Shown here: one piece after another, positions 36,206 through 50,649 of the stretch
How the letters are laid out: every line of letters starts with the position of its first letter
Position numbering within the stretch: position 1 is the stretch's first letter
Assembly: GCA_013239625.1 (NCBI GenBank)
Contig: MU054212.1
Span: 9,162,898-9,226,897 of the forward strand
From: Lama guanicoe
Taxonomy: Eukaryota
Reading direction: 5' to 3'
DNA: 64,000 nt
Notes under the pieces: model-generated
What the model was told of the DNA's origin: nothing
The model's database searches: none
The model's input: only the letters and a program-made list of their open reading frames with translations
Program-made: the position numbers and the translations under genes

Positions 36206-38901
36206 CACGTTGAGCAAAAGTTGAGACATGAGCGACTCACAGATGTCATTTGCCTCAAATCCTGAATTTGAAACAAATTAGATCTGTATTCCACATTCTA
36301 ATCATCTCCTATGTATTCTGAAGCATGTTTTGCTGAGTGCTGCCAGTGATTGGAGGTTTGGCTGGGACTCAGAGACCCAGGTAGAAGGGCTGTCCAGGGA
36401 GTTTGCCTGGCCACACATCACCTTTAATTTCTAAGACGGGACATAAACCCCATGGTGTCAGACTCCCAGATTCCACAGTCCCGTGTGGTTCTGGGCTGGG
36501 TGTATTTGGGCTCAGTTCAGTCTTGGTAAGAAAGTAACAAGTTGATAACCCTGAAGACACTCTCTGTTCTTTGCCCTGGAGCACTGCTTCTTGGGATCAG
36601 CTGAGATTGTGCTCCCAGAGAGGTCACCTTTAAAAGAGGACCCTTGTTGGATGGAATGTGAGATTTGGGACTGAAGAGAGGAATATTATCGTCTGACTGG
36701 TACTGCATCACACACCTCGAACCTACTAGGCTGCCCGCTCCTCGGGAGCAGGGAGCCAGGCTCCATTCATTGCTGTGTCCCCCATGGTACCTGGGGCCAG
36801 AGTGTCGCACAGTTGAGGTTGAAGGATTTGAGTGAATTATCCACTTACTGGTTGGCGAACAGTTTGTCAGTCCCTGAATTTAAGAAGTTACAAGGACAGG
36901 ATGTCTGCAGGTTTCCCAGGCCCTGGCCTTTGGGGGAAGTTGTTCCTGGGCCCTAACAGGGAAGCCCCAGCCTCAGACGACTTCCTGAGCCCTGGAAACC
37001 CAGGTGCAGTTTGAGCTGGAAGTTCCAAGAGGGCAGGTCCCCCTAAAGGACTCCTGTCCACGTCTCCTTTCCCGCTGAGTCTGGCTGAGTATTTCCTGGC
37101 AGTGGTTGAGGGATTAAACGATGGAACGGGGGGCTGGACCCCAGAGAGCCTTGAGTGCCCTGGAGGGAGACTAATTTTCATCCTGAGACCCTGGGGATGT
37201 AAGGTTTTGAAGCAGCTGGTGATGCACTCTGATTGGTCAACAGTGCAGAAGGAGCCAGTAGGACGAGGCTACAGGGACAAGGGCCACCAGAAGCATTGAG
37301 TCCCAGAAAGGGAACCATAACTAAGAAGGGCAGGGGCCTTGGGGCTTGAGAGGAGCAGTGGGTTTGGGGAGATGAGCTGCTGCCTGGAGGGTGGCAGCAG
37401 GGGAAGCAAAGTGAGGCTTCAGGCTTACGGGAGCCTAGGGATGTTAGAAACAAGGAAGTGGGAGAGAAGATACTGGAAGAAAAGCAAATTGAGGACAGAG
37501 ATGTCCATCTTGGGACATGCAAGGCATGAGGAGTCTGTCTGATACCCAGAAGATGCTCGGGGAGCTGGGGAGGTGAGGACTCAGTGGTCCTCGGCTGGAA
37601 GAAGGCACTGAGTCGAAATTCCTCGGAGGGAACCTGCGCGCTGAGACCCCGTCACTGGGGACCAGCATGGTTAGGAGCCTCTCCTGTCCTAAGCTGCCTG
37701 TTCTCTCGTCTCTGCATTTCTGCCAGGGGAAATACATTACCTTGGCCATCCACTGTATCCACTAGCAAGGACAGCTTCAAAGAGTTTCTTATTTCCTATA
37801 CATTTGCATGTTCTTTTCCCCCAACTCTCACCATCTGCAGCTTTGAAGAACCATGTAAACCATCACTTGCAACATCAGATGTGCATTTTCATTAAGACCA
37901 GGGAGCTGCTCGGTCTGGCTGCACCGCTGCATCTTACTCTCACCTTGGTAGCTTACATTTTGTGACTGTAAAAAAAGAAAAATAAGAGGGGCCCTCCACT
38001 CCAAGTCATGTTTGGACACCACTCCCCAAACATGTCAGTTGTATTTATGATAATGTATTCTTTTTATACAGTGTAAGTTTTTCTTTTTCCTAGTCAGCAA
38101 TTCTTTGGATGTCTCCCATAATCTATTTTTACCTTTACAAATATTTTCTGCCTTACTAAGAGACATGATTGCTGTTACCGAGGTATATAGTTCAGTATGA
38201 CTTGTAAGATTTATGGTTGAGATGTTCTGTACGCCCGTAATTATTGAAGCCCAAAAGAGCAGCTCTTAGGAGAAACATGGAACTATTAGGAACAATTGCA
38301 TTTCTGCAGTGAGAGCACACATCTTGTGTCTGAACACCCCTGACTGATAAACTGCCCCACGGGGCCCCATGCAGTACTGGGGGAGCGCACTAGAAGTCCA
38401 TTGCCTCGATTTGGAAACAGGACTCACTTCTCTGAAGTCCTAGGAAAATCAGGCCAACTGAAACACCCCTTCAGGCAGGCCAGCCCACTGTGGAACTGCA
38501 CCTGGGCATCATTGTGAGCTTGGGGTTTTCCATGTTTCTCTCAAGCATGCGAGCGTGTTGGATGTTAATAAAAACTTGGAATCATAAATTGACCTAGGAA
38601 GGAAGAACTGAAGAAGTAATATACAAATTAAGTCAAGACAGGGGTATTAAAACGGATCCATCTCCACATCTCCTATTACAGCTTCGTTTATAGGCTCCTT
38701 TAGAAACTGAGAGTGTAGCATTAATTTTCACGAAATTGCAAGTTGAGTTGTGCCAAAACAAAACAAAATAAGAAAACCAGAACTATTGGCAAAGGCCCTC
38801 GGGGATATAAGATGCAACTGTTTAATGAAAGCAGACTTTAAAAATACTTCAATTTTTAAAAATGTGCTTTTGGAGTTGAAACGTTCTAAATGTTTTCCTT
38901 T

Positions 38902-39002
38902 GGGGTAGGGTGGGTGTAGCTCAGTGGTCGAGTGCATGCTTAGCTTGCACGAGGTCCTGGGTTCAATCCCCAGTACCTCCACTAAAGATAAATAAATAAA
39001 AA
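38902..39002 (+). mobile_element. Camelid tRNA-derived SINE (Vic-1-like) with 15-bp TSD
   Basis: gggtgtagctcagtggtcgagtgcatgcttagcttgcacgaggtcctgggttcaatccccagtacctcc plus (taaa)n tail. TSD taaatgttttccttt / taaatattttctttt. Confidence 0.92.
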
Positions 39003-39769
39003 TAAATATTTTCTTTTTCAAAGAAAACAACGTTACGAGAATAGTTGAACCTTTCGTGTTCAAGTATTCAAATGAAACCAGTGAACAAGCAAGCAGCAAT
39101 CGCAGCGCAGTAGCTTTGCAGCCTTGGGTGGCTGGGAAGGGCCAGGCTTGTTCTCTGTGCATCCCTGCGTCAACATCCCCATCTGGTGGGCCTCTCCGGA
39201 AGTGGCGGCTGGAGGCTGGTTTGGTGTTGTGACTGCAGTTACTGAGGGGATAGGAGGGGACATTAAGTCCAGTGTCTGGGGCTGAAGATGCCGAGGTGAT
39301 CAGTCTTTGTGCTGGGGCTGGAGCGGGTGCTGGGAGTGAGCCCGCCCATGCTGTGAGAGGCGCATGGGCCGGGGAAGATGCTCAGGGCTCAGTGGGCACA
39401 CCTTGGAGGACCCGCTGGCCCTGGCTTTGAGAGGCCAGGGAGGACTTCCCTGTGGACCTGTCAGAGTGTGCCGTAAGCACTGATTCTGTCCTTTCCCCCT
39501 TACGGCAGTGCCACTGTCTGCTGTGAATGACCATCCCCTGCCTGCTTCACAGACTAAAGTCAAGAATCCTTAAAGAGTTTGGGCATTGTCCACCTCGTAT
39601 AGTCGTCCCAGCAGAATTTCTCTGGTTTCCTGGGAGACTCTGAGCCCAGATATTAGTAGTGATACCTCCTTTGGGAATAATAAGGGATGAATAAAGGATG
39701 CAATTTTTAGTTGTACCGTATGACTGTTTAAATGAGCTTTGCATGTACGCAGAGTAACATTTAAAAGGT

Positions 39770-41070
39770 GTGAGGGATGTGCAAAGTGAAGCTTCCTTCT
39801 GCCCAGTTACACTCCCCAGAAGCAACCACTCCTAGCAACTTCCTATGTGTACTTCCAGAGATAGTTTATATCAGCATAGATGTGTTTAATATATCATTTT
39901 AATTCTTTTTTTTAATTAAAAAAAATTTTTTTAGTTGAAGTATAGTCAGTTTACAACATTGTGTCAATTTGCTTCAGTCATATGTATACATACACATAAT
40001 CGTTTTCGTATTTTTTCATTATAAGTTATTATAATAGTTCCCTGTGCTATAGAGTAGGACCTTGTTGTTTATCTAGTTTATGTATAGTAGTTAGTATCTG
40101 CAAATCTCAAACTCCCAGTTTAGTCCTTCCCAATATATCTGTACACAAACAGTGACACACTGCACAAATTATTTTGCATCCTGCTCTTCCACCTAAAAAT
40201 ATGTCTTGGTTCTCTTTCCACAGCAGTTCTTGTAACTGTTGAGTTCTTTTTAATATTTTTTTCTCCGAGTACTGCCTTCACCTCTCCAGTCCCGTAATGG
40301 TGGGCCCTAATCTTTTGCTGTTAGAAATGATACTACAGTGTAATTCTTGTCCGCGTGTCATTTTGCACGTGTGATTAGCTCTAGGAGAAAATCCTAGAAG
40401 TAGATTAAGTCAAGTGTTTGTATACAGTTTTAAACTTTGATTGATTTTTGCCCAATTGCTCTTCGCAAAGGTTGTCCCGGTTTTGGGTGTCAGCCACAGC
40501 GCGTGCAAGAGCCTGTCTCCCCACGCCTCTGCCAAAGAGGTGCCATTCAACTCCCCAACCGTCGCTCACCTGGTGGTGAAGAGCTGAAAGTCATTAAAAC
40601 TTAAATATGCATTTCTTCTTATGAATGTGATTGAGCATGATTTCATATGTCCGGACACCTTTAATATTTCCTTTGCTGTGAATTTTCAGTTCATGACCAT
40701 TGAGTTCTTTTTCTTATTGAGGTGTACAGATTCTTTATAACCTGCAAGAGGAGTGGCAATTATTCTCTGCAGTCATTGGTCCTTTTACGTTTATGGTGTT
40801 CTTACCATGAAGAAAAATTTAAATTTTTTGTTTCAAGTTTATTAATTTTTTTTATGTCCTGGGTTTTGTGTTCCTCAGGAGGAAAACCTTTTCTCCCATG
40901 GTTTCTTCTAGTATTTCTATAGCTACAGTTTCCACAGGGCAATATTTTATCTATCTGGAAGTTATTTTGGCATATGGTGTGAGGCAGAGATCCAAGTTAC
41001 ATTTTTTTCACTTGTTTGAGTACCACTTAGTGAATAACCCATCATTTCCCTATCAATTTGTCACATACTA
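39770..41070 (-). mobile_element. Ancient L1ME-like fragment interrupted by a younger L1 3' end (about 39905-40132)
   Basis: Old antisense L1 text (ccccagaagcaaccact, aatcctagaagtag, ttttggcatatggtgtgagg) around ttgaagtatagtcagtttacaa...atagttccctgtgctata...aaactcccagttt. Confidence 0.78.
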
Positions 41071-42349
41071 ACAGGAATACAGGCTCGTTTTTGTGTCTGT
41101 TCAAGCTGTTCCCATAGGAGCATCTGCCATCTCCTCTAGTGCCCACCTCCTCTGATGGATCAACCATTCGCCGTTGTCAGGAGTCCTCCTTCCTCCCAGT
41201 CTTTGGCATCTGACTATGTCATGTGCTACCTTGAAACAGTCCTGCTGTTTTTGTCATCTGCTGTTGGAGAGCTTTGTATGGTGATTGACATTGCTGGAAT
41301 AAAGAGTCTGGGAATATTTGGGGAAGCTGGGACCAGCATCTGGGACTAGGAGAGTGGGAGCATGCCATGCTGAGCTCAGGCCCCTCTGAGAGATCTCACT
41401 TTCTGTGGCTTTGCCTGCAATACTTGTCTCCACCACCAATATGGTAACTCCTTCCTCTCAGTGAAGGTTCCCATGCATTTCCGGCCTATTTTCAGTTTCT
41501 TTTGCTCTTGTAGTTCTCAGCTGCTAACAGGTCCATTGGCCAATGCCCTGGGTATAATTTGCTGGTGCCCATGTCCTCCTCATCCTGATTTTCTCCTCCG
41601 TGTGGGCTGCTATGTGCGGATCTGGGCACTTGTGTGTTCCTCCTGTTCTAGTCTGCCTTGATTTTTATTATTTCCTGCCTTCAGTAGTATCTACGTACGC
41701 CTGGAGGTTCTACTTGTCTGGTTTTCAAATCACTGCTTTTTCCAAATAAATGATCCGTGTGTTTTTCTGGATCCCAAATGCTTGCAGGTTGTATTCCATC
41801 ACCTGATCTCCACAGTGCTTTTTAAAAAATGGTGTCAGTGGAGTTGAGAGCTCCATTGTCCCATGGGCTCTAGTCAAATTTTTATTTTTAATTTAAGTGG
41901 ATCAGAGTAGATTTAAAAGAAACAGCCATCACCGAGAAAATTCTGAATAGCGTATGAAATAGGATAAAAGGCGTTGCCTTTCTTTGTGATCATAATTGTT
42001 GGCATACAGTCCACAACTGCTAACAGAAGGAAAAGGTACCAGTGGGGACTGACTCCCTACCATTTAAAGATGCTGTGTGCTCCTTGTCCAGTGCACCAAG
42101 CAGGCTTCCTACCTGCCTGCTGCTAGTTCCTGAGAGCAATCTTGTTACAGACAGTGAGTTCCTGTAAGGCACGGTGTGGTCCTGATCGATTGATGTGTTA
42201 CATCCAGAGTGCACGAGAGGAGCAGCACTGGTCTGTTGATGGAGTGAGTTTGCAGCAGAGTCTGCTCCCTGATGGCAGCTTCATGCAGTGACTGTGGTCG
42301 TTAGGGAACCTGGCCTCTGCGTCAGCCTCCCCCGTGTGCTTTGGACCTG

Positions 42350-42800
42350 GCTCCTTCTCACCATCCCTACTACCATGGATTTAGTTTGGGGTTTATGCAT
42401 GCCTGGACTATGTATTGCAGTGACACATGTCTTCTATGCTTTCTGAAGTACAGATCTGAGCAGGTGGCTTTTCCTGCTTAGAAACTTTGAAATCCTCCCA
42501 CTATGCGTCCGTGAGCCTAACCTGATGAACATCACGGATGGGATCTCTCACATTTGGGTCCTGCATGTACCTTCCAGTTTCATCAGCCATCAGCACCCTG
42601 ATCCTCACTGTATTTCAGCCTCCCGGAAATGCTCCCAGGCTCTCCTGAGGCCCCTTCCTTCATATTTGCTCTGCCCTCTGACCAGCCTCCTCCTCTCTTC
42701 ATTCAGTCGATGCCATCCCATCCTCCAAGTCTAAGTCATGACATCTGTCCTGTAAAACTCCTCTGACTTCCTCAGGCTACCTTCCTACCCATTTTCACTC
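42350..42800. mobile_element. L2 fragment
   Basis: tgcctggactat...cagatctgagc...cctgcttagaaact...ccccttccttcatatttgctct. Confidence 0.55.
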
Positions 42801-43159
42801 TCTGGGTCCACATCTTTCTTCAAATCATGATCCTGATGATCTGGAAGAGTTGGGAAGACTGTGTTTGGAAGACACGTGGTGCTCAGAGGAGAGGCATTCG
42901 GCCTGGAGTGGAGAGGAAGAGAGGAAGGTGGAAGGGAGGGGCTGGGGGCCGTCAGGGCCTTTGGAAGCTGCCAGGAGAATGGTTTAATTATGGAGCCAAG
43001 TACAGGTGGACCTGTGACAGGAGAGGACTGACCTTCTGGCTCACTTGGTCTTAGACAGGAGGGTGGGGAGTGAGGGGGAGTGAGGGGGAACGGGCAAGAA
43101 CTGCTCTAGGCCTGAGATCGGGGCCTGCAGAAGGGGTGGCGTACAGGCTGAAGTGTGAT

Positions 43160-44900
43160 GCCTGCATTTGAGATTTTCTCTTGATCATTGGTTTTAAAAG
43201 TTTGACTTTTATATGCCTTGATGTATTTTTGTCATGTTTCATGTGTTTGGGGCTTGTTGAGATTCTTGGATCTGTGGGTTATAGTTTTCATCAAAATGGG
43301 AAAATTTTCAGTTCTCATTTCTTCAAATTTTGGGGGTACTTTTCATTTCTTTCTTTCGGTGACTCCAATTGCACATATATTGGACACCTTGAAGTTTTAC
43401 AAAGTTTATTAGCATTTATTGATTTTTTTTTCTCTATGTATCTCATTTTGAACAGTTTCCACTTCTGTACTTTCAAGTTTGCTAATTTTTTTTTCTCAGG
43501 TGTCAATCACCTGTTTCAACTGTGGTCTTTTCTTAATTGAAGTCTAATTGACATACAACATTATAGTCATTTCAGGTATACAGCATAATGATTGAACATT
43601 TGTATTGATTGCAAAAGGATTGCCATCGTAAGTCTAGCTATGATCTGTCATCATACAAAATGACAAATTTTTTTTCTTGTGATGAGAACGTTTAAGATTT
43701 ACTCTTTGAGCAACTTAAAAATGTGCAGCACAGTTACTACTATAGTGAGCATGCTGGACATTACATCCCCATGACTTCTTTATTTTATATCTGGACATTT
43801 GAATCTCTTAATCTCCTTCACTATTTCACCCAAACCCCACCCTTTTTCTCTGGCAACCACCAATCTATTCTCTGTATCTATGAATTTTTTTTATCATGTT
43901 TGTTCATTTGTTTTGTTTTTCTTAGATTCTACCTATGAATGAGATTATATTGTATTTGTCTTTCTCTGCCTGACTTATTTCAGAAAATCCTTCTATGTTG
44001 TCACAAATGGGAAGGGTTCGTTCTTTTCTATGGCTGTATAATTTTCCATTGTGTGTATCTAGAGCACATCTTCTTTATCCATTCATTCATCAATGGACAT
44101 TTAGGTTATTTCCATATCTTGACTATTGAAATAATGATGCAGTGAACATAGGGGTTCATATGTCTTCTCAAATTAGTGTTTTTGTTTTCTTCAGATGAAT
44201 ACCCAGAAGTGGAAGTTTGAGGTCCTATGGTCGTTCTATTTTTAATTTTTTGAGGAACCTCCATATTGTTTTCCACAGTGAATGCACCAATTTACACTCC
44301 CACCAACAGTGAACAAAGGTTCCCTTTTCACCACGTCCTTGCCAACACTTGTTCTTTCTTGTCTTTTTGATAATAACCATTCTGACATATGTGAAGTGAT
44401 ATCTCACTGATGATTAATGAGGTTGAGTGTCTTTTCATGTGCCTTTCGGCCATCTTTATGTCTTGACTGGGCTCATTTTTATACCTTGCCTGTCTGAACA
44501 TGTTAATAGTTTCTTTAACTTCTTAAATCTATGGACTATAGTCATAATAACTTTTAACATTCTAGTCAACTAGTTCAATCTTCTGTGTCATCTCTAGATT
44601 GTCTTCAGTTGATAGATTTTATTTCCTGTATTTTCCTAATTATTTTCACGCCTGGTCATTTTTTAATGGATGCCACACCTTGTAAATGATCTTTTTTTGT
44701 GTTCTGGTAGATATTCTTCAGCTTGGTTCTATGACGAGATTAATTCAGAAAGTTTGATCCTTGCTGGCCTCGTGACTTTAGCTATGTTAGGCAGGACCAG
44801 AGCTATGTTGAGTCAAATATTTCACCACTGCTGAGACAATACCCTTTCTACAACTTTAACTGATGCCCCAATCCTGTGGCTTCTGCTTCTCCCAGCTGCA
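43160..44900 (-). mobile_element. Nested L1: younger L1MA-type 3' kilobase (about 43530-44470) inside an older L1 ORF1-region fragment
   Basis: Inner: ttgaagtctaattgacatacaac...ttttgaggaacctccatattgttttccacagt...caccaatttacactcccaccaacagtg. ORF 44225-44407(-) resembles the L1 ORF2 C-terminus ([22 protein letters not shown]). Confidence 0.88.
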
Positions 44901-45439
44901 TACTCCCTCCCCACCTTCTAGTTCAGACTGCTGGGTGCAGGGCTTTGGTGAGCTCAGCCTTCTCCACCAGAAGCCTTACAACCCACTGCACAGCTTGCCT
45001 TGGGATGAGCTGCCTTCAGGGCAGGAACCCACTATGCATTCACTCGGCCGTTGCCAGGACCACAGGGTCCTGTGCAAAAGGCATGATCTCAGCAGGTCAT
45101 CGTGTGTTTCCCCCTGAGAGAATGGGCTGAGGATGCAGACACACTGAGATTAGCGTGTACAAACTGCTTTGACCAGATACATCCTGGTTACTCAATAGTT
45201 AATTGACTCATCAAGTTGACGAGTCATGCAACTCTTCTAAGTGCCAGGACACAGAGACAAATGAGAAGGTAGGATCTGGCCCAGAAACTTGGACTGCCAA
45301 GAGGAAATATAATAACATATATGGAAGTAATACAGACCACACTTAGGGTAGCAGTCATTTCTAGGAAAAAAATGAAAAAAACATTTCTGCCGACACACGT
45401 ACTGTGGCAAGTACTGCAGGAATGGTGCTCCACTCGGTA

Positions 45440-45680
45440 CCAGTGGTGTGGGGACGGGGGAGGAACAGGTCAGTACCGGGGCTCTGGCCTGACAGGCCTG
45501 TTCAAAAGCCCAGCTCTGCTGCTCCATCCTGAATTTAACTGCTCTTTGCCTCAATTTCCTCATCTTTTACAAAGAGGATAATAAAAGAACTTAGTACAAG
45601 ATGTTGTAGGGATTAAAAGAGCCATTTCGTGTAAAATAATTGGCACACTGTACTGTCCCCATAAATGTTAACTATTATTA
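45440..45680 (+). mobile_element. MIR SINE
   Basis: ctctttgcctcaatttcctcatcttttacaaagaggataataa...gttgtagggattaaa...aataaatgtta-like end. Confidence 0.78.
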
Positions 45681-46129
45681 CCAGCCATATTTCAGTGCAG
45701 CTGAATTCCTGTTCCAGACATCCTAGTGAGGGAGGCTTGAACCAGATGCGATTTCTGGGACAGTTCCTGGAGCCTGTTACGGCCAAGATTAAATATTGTA
45801 ATTCCTCTCACTCAGAGTCTATCATCTGCTCAGTTGCAAAATCTCTCTGGCCTCTGGCCACTTGCGTTCTTAAGTGGCTTCACTTGGTTGCAACTGCCTT
45901 GGGTGTAACTGAGATGACTTCAGCTTTCCAGGTGCGTTTGGGGTGGCACGCAGTCCCGAGGATGGACCCAGCTGGTGGCTGTGATGGGAAGGTTCAGATC
46001 AAATCCACAGCCCGCTCTAGCCCCTCAGGCTGGGGGCTGCCAGGGTCATATTCCAGACCTGGCCTTGGGGACCGCAGCTCAAGCCTTCCCCTGCATCTGT
46101 AGATTTCAGACCCCCCAACATAGAGTGAT

Positions 46130-46300
46130 GTCTGCCGAGTGCCTGCTATCACTCAGGTGCTCTCCTAAGCACACTCATACATACATACACTGTCATGTAA
46201 ACCTGTTAGCTCTTCACGAGTTGGAAGTATTATTATCTCCTTTTTACAGACAAGTAAACTGAGGCTCAGAGAGGTTAAATGACTGGCCATATTCACGTTA
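46130..46300 (-). mobile_element. MIR SINE
   Basis: tattattatctcctttttacagacaagtaaactgaggctcagagaggttaaatgactggcc. Confidence 0.82.
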
Positions 46301-47639
46301 TCTCAATCCAAAGCTTGTCCTCAGGCTGGCCGAGATTAACCCTTGCAGCAGTTTCCAATCGCTGTGGGCATTTTCCTGAAAGATTTAATAGGAAAGATAA
46401 AAATCTGTTAAAGATGCCTTTATAAAGAGAAACATTTACCATACTAGCTTGAATTCTGGTGTTTGTTTTGTTTTGTTTTGTTTAACAGTGATTTGGAATA
46501 TTCCGTTCGTATGGTTTGATGCATCCCAGCATTGGTACTACAGGTGAGCTTACTTCCAGAAACAGGGTTTATAGGACCAGGGTTTATATTCTCACATCTT
46601 GGGCTTCTCTAGGTAAAGGGAGGCCTGGGGAAACTTAATTTACTGATGTTATATTTGTGAGTCTTTGTTTCCAGGGCGACCAAAGTGGTTTATGGGCATC
46701 CAGAACAGACAGGCTCACGGGGTGCTTTCACTCGCCCTGCCGCTCCAGGGGTCTGGGTTAGGGCCCCCAGGAGAGTGGACCTTGAACTGGGGGAGGCATT
46801 TCTGCTTCGTTTGAGGGAAAGAGGAACTCATCCTCACTGCTTTGTGTTAGCAGCTCAAATTTCCGTTCTTTTCTTTCAGAGCTGAAATTATTAAGGAAAG
46901 AGGTTCCACGTGCTGTGAACGCTGCCTGTGGTGCGTTCACTGGGTTCCCCTGGCCTCACACGATCTGCCTTTGCAGGGTCTCAGGGGACAGGATCATGGG
47001 CATTTCCCTCCCTGAGAGGCGCCCGGTGGGGCTGGGGGGATGACAGCATCTCCTGGACAAGATGGAACACTTCGCTTTCCCAAGTTCTAATACCATTCTG
47101 ACGTTAAACAAGCTCTGATATTTCCATTTGAAACAAGGAAATGATGTTAATGTTTGATGTAAAGAAGGTTCACTGTGACCTCATTAATACAGCCACTAAT
47201 GACCCATCATTAAGTTGTTATGTATGAAGTTTTTCCAGAAGCAAGCTGATGTATTTAAAAGAACAAACTAAAGTCAGAAGTGGAAGGGAAAAATGGCAGG
47301 GTCCTTATTTCCGCCCTCACTCAGGAGTGTAAGCCAGCAAGCTCACTCCTCTCTCCTCCCTCTGCAAAGAGAACTCAAGAGATGAAGACCACCACACAGG
47401 CAGGCTGGGAGCTGAGCTGAATCAAACTCGCCTAAAATAATTCTCCTGTGTGGCGTACCTTATCTCTTTGTTTTGTTTTTAAATTCTGTTACTGGACATA
47501 ACTTTTAATGTTTAGCTAGCTTGGGGCTTCAAAGATAGTTGATATTAACTCTCAGGTATTTATCTACCCAAGAAGGACTTTTGATTGTTAAAGAGAGCTA
47601 GGATGACTTTTAAAAATGTATTCCAGGCTTACAGGAAAT

Positions 47640-50200
47640 TGTAGATCCCTACAGAAAATTACAGAGCAATAATGAACATTATATATAAAGTTGAAGCCTC
47701 GATCTCTTTTCTTCTTCCCTAGAGAGGACTACAACTATGAACTTGGTGTTTATCATTTCCATATACGTCTTCTAATAAATATGTAGCCCTAAATGGTGTG
47801 TGGCTTTGCTTTTCATGTGTTCATGTTCTTCAAACTATATGTCACTATCAGTATATTGTGCTTTTTAAGAATCATCCAAGTTAGTCTATATCACGGTCTC
47901 ATTCATTTTCTCAGGTATAGGGCATTCCTTTGTACAAATATGTTGTAGTTTATTTTGTTTTCTATTTATAGATACTTACGTTGTTTCTACTTGTTAACCA
48001 TTAGCAGTACAAAACAGCGTAACATACAGTATTCTTGAAATGTCGTCTTGACCCATGTGGAAGTTACTCTCTAGTATAAACCTAGGAGTGGAATTGCTGG
48101 GTCATAAGATATGCACATCTTCAAATATATTAATTGTTTCTCCGAAATGATTTATCAACTTAAGCCTCTCAGAAGCAGTATTTGAGAGTTCTTGTTGTCT
48201 GGTTTGGTGGCAATGCTTAGTTTCTCAGGCATTAATCTTTGCCAGTCTACAGTCTGGGAGGTGTGAGACAATGTATCGCTCTGGGTTTAGCTTACATTTG
48301 CTTTCTCTGATTTCTAGTGATTTCTAGTTATCATTCACATATTTATTGGCTGTTTAATTTTCTTCTGCAGTGAATTGCCCATTATCTGTTGCTTATTTGT
48401 CCATTGTCCATTTTTCTACTGAGTAATTTGTCTTTTTCATACTCATTTAGAGGAATTCTCTTTGTATTATGTTTATTAATACTTTATGGTTCACGTGATG
48501 TAATTAGCTTCTCCCAGGCTGTGGCTTTTCTTTATCCTTATGTAATCTTTCAATGTATACAAATTTAAAATTTCATATATGCATCTGTATTAAATTTTCC
48601 CTTTTTAATTGCCCTTTTGGGTTTCTGGTCTAAAAAATTCTTTTCTGTCCTAGAAGTTGTAAAGTTTGGCTTTTTACATTTTTCACTTAAGCTTCCCAGA
48701 ACTTATTTTTGTGTTTGGTGTGAAGAAGGGCCAACTCTGTTTTATATGACTAATAATTGTCTCAGCACCATTGATTAAATGGTCCGTTACTTTCCCAACA
48801 ACATCTGATGACACGTCTATCATAAATCAGGATACATGTGAGTCTCTGTCATTCCATGTTTCTGTTCTCGCACCATGACCACATTCACACTTGATCATTG
48901 TGGTTTTAGAATGGGCTTGAAATCTGATGGGGCCAGTGACCTGCTTTGTTCTTATTCAAAATTGTTATCCTCAGACCTCAGTTCCTCCATAAAAAATTTG
49001 CCGCCAACTCTTTACGTTCCTTGTAAAACCCTTTTGGAATGTTGAACAGAATTGACTTGGAATTGTAGAGACTGGAAAAAGGAATTGGCATCTTGACTAT
49101 AGTGAATCTTTCTATATGTGACTGGGATAGAGTTGTCAAGTTTGGGTCTTTTAATAAAGTTTTATAAAGATATTTCATAGAGTTAGTTAAGTGATTCATA
49201 GTTACTTTATGGTTAACTTGGTAGGTTACTGCTGATCTATGAAAATACAGTTGTTATATGTACATTTTATATTGAGAAGCCTTGCCAGACCCTCATTAAT
49301 TCTAATAACTTGTAGATTTTCTTGTATTTTCTATATAGATGGTATCATCTGCAAATAATAGCCTTGTATTTCTTTCTCTTCCTTATGCTTTTTTTGGTTT
49401 TGTTTTTCTTATCTTGGTGTCCTGGCTAAGACCACCAGAATAATGTTAAACACAGGCAATGCCGGGGGTTATCCTTCTATCGTTTCTAATATTAAATGGC
49501 TCTTAGTGTTTCAGCATTAAGAATGATGCTTAGCATCGCTTTTATTTTTTTTAATTTTTTAAAACCATTTTTATTGAATTATAGTCAGTTTACAATGTTG
49601 TGTCAATTTCCAGTGTAGAGCACAATTTTTCAGTTATACATGAACATCCATGTATTCATTGTAATATTCTTTTTCTCTGTGACCTAAATTTTCTTTACTA
49701 AGTACCCACTGTCAGGTTTTAAAAGCTCTCTTCTTTTCCTGAGAATAATCAATTTATTCTATTCTTGCCTTTTAAATTGTCAAGTTGACCCCTCATTATG
49801 CTTGAGAAGCACCCTGAAAATCTTGACACATAGTCTTTTCATTATAGTGCTCTTTGAATGTTTTCTAATTTTCTTCTTTGACCTGAGTTAATTAGAAGCA
49901 TTTAAAGTTTTCCCAGTTATGTAGATTTTTCAGATTTATCTTGTTATCTATTTTTAACTCAGTTGCATTGTGGTTAGGAAGGTAGCCCACATGAAAACCA
50001 AATGTTGGTTTTCATCTGTGAGCTTGAGTTTTGTGGCAGGATTGATTGTCAGTTTTTGAATAGTCTAGTTGAGAAAACTGTTTTCTCTCCTTTGGGGCAG
50101 CAGGCAGTATGTGTTCACATGCTAGATCGAGCTGATTAATCAGGTAAACACATCTATTAGATCCATGACAGTTTCCGTCAATCTCTGTGCAAGAAGCATA
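47640..50200 (-). mobile_element. Long ancient L1 (L1MD/L1ME-like) with a younger L1 3' end inserted at about 49545-49685
   Basis: cctaggagtggaattgctgggtca, tctcagcaccattgattaaa, gaattggcatcttgactatagtgaatct, tcatctgcaaataa. Insert reads ttgaattatagtcagtttacaatgttgtgtcaatttccagtgtagagcac. Confidence 0.82.
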
Positions 50201-50649
50201 GGAACCCCTTCACTCTGATTGTGAATTAGATTTGGCTGCATGTAACAGAAAAATAAATGAGTAACAGTAGCTTAAATAAGATAGAGGTTATACAGGGAGT
50301 CTGGACTTTGTTTACATGAAAGATAAATGAAATCCTCTCTATGCCCAAGGATCCAGGGTTGATGTAGTACCTCCCTAGTGAGCCTGGAGTATATGATTTG
50401 GCTTCTCCCTCCCTGTAGCTGTTAGGGATGGTGGTTCCTTCCCTCTCCTTCTCCTCCGCCTCTGACTGATAGCCAGAGGCACCTCACTTTTTCTAGGGAG
50501 AACAGCTATAGGACTTATGGCCAAATGTGTGTGATGTAAGAGCCACATCTGTCTCCTGTACTAGGGGGCCTTGTGTTCCCCACCAGGCAGGCATATTTTC
50601 ATCAAATACAAGTAGGCTTTGACCTAAGCTATATGTCAGAAATATTTGT

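Noticed and set aside
38902..38990. tRNA-like sequence with A and B boxes
   Set aside because: Has an A-rich tail, a TSD and sibling copies, so it is a tRNA-derived SINE rather than a tRNA gene.
46650..46885. Acceptor-like tctttgtttccag|G at 46675 opening a 70-codon frame compatible with phase 2
   Set aside because: No convincing donor or polyA signal, and the peptide is unrecognisable; probably a decoy site.
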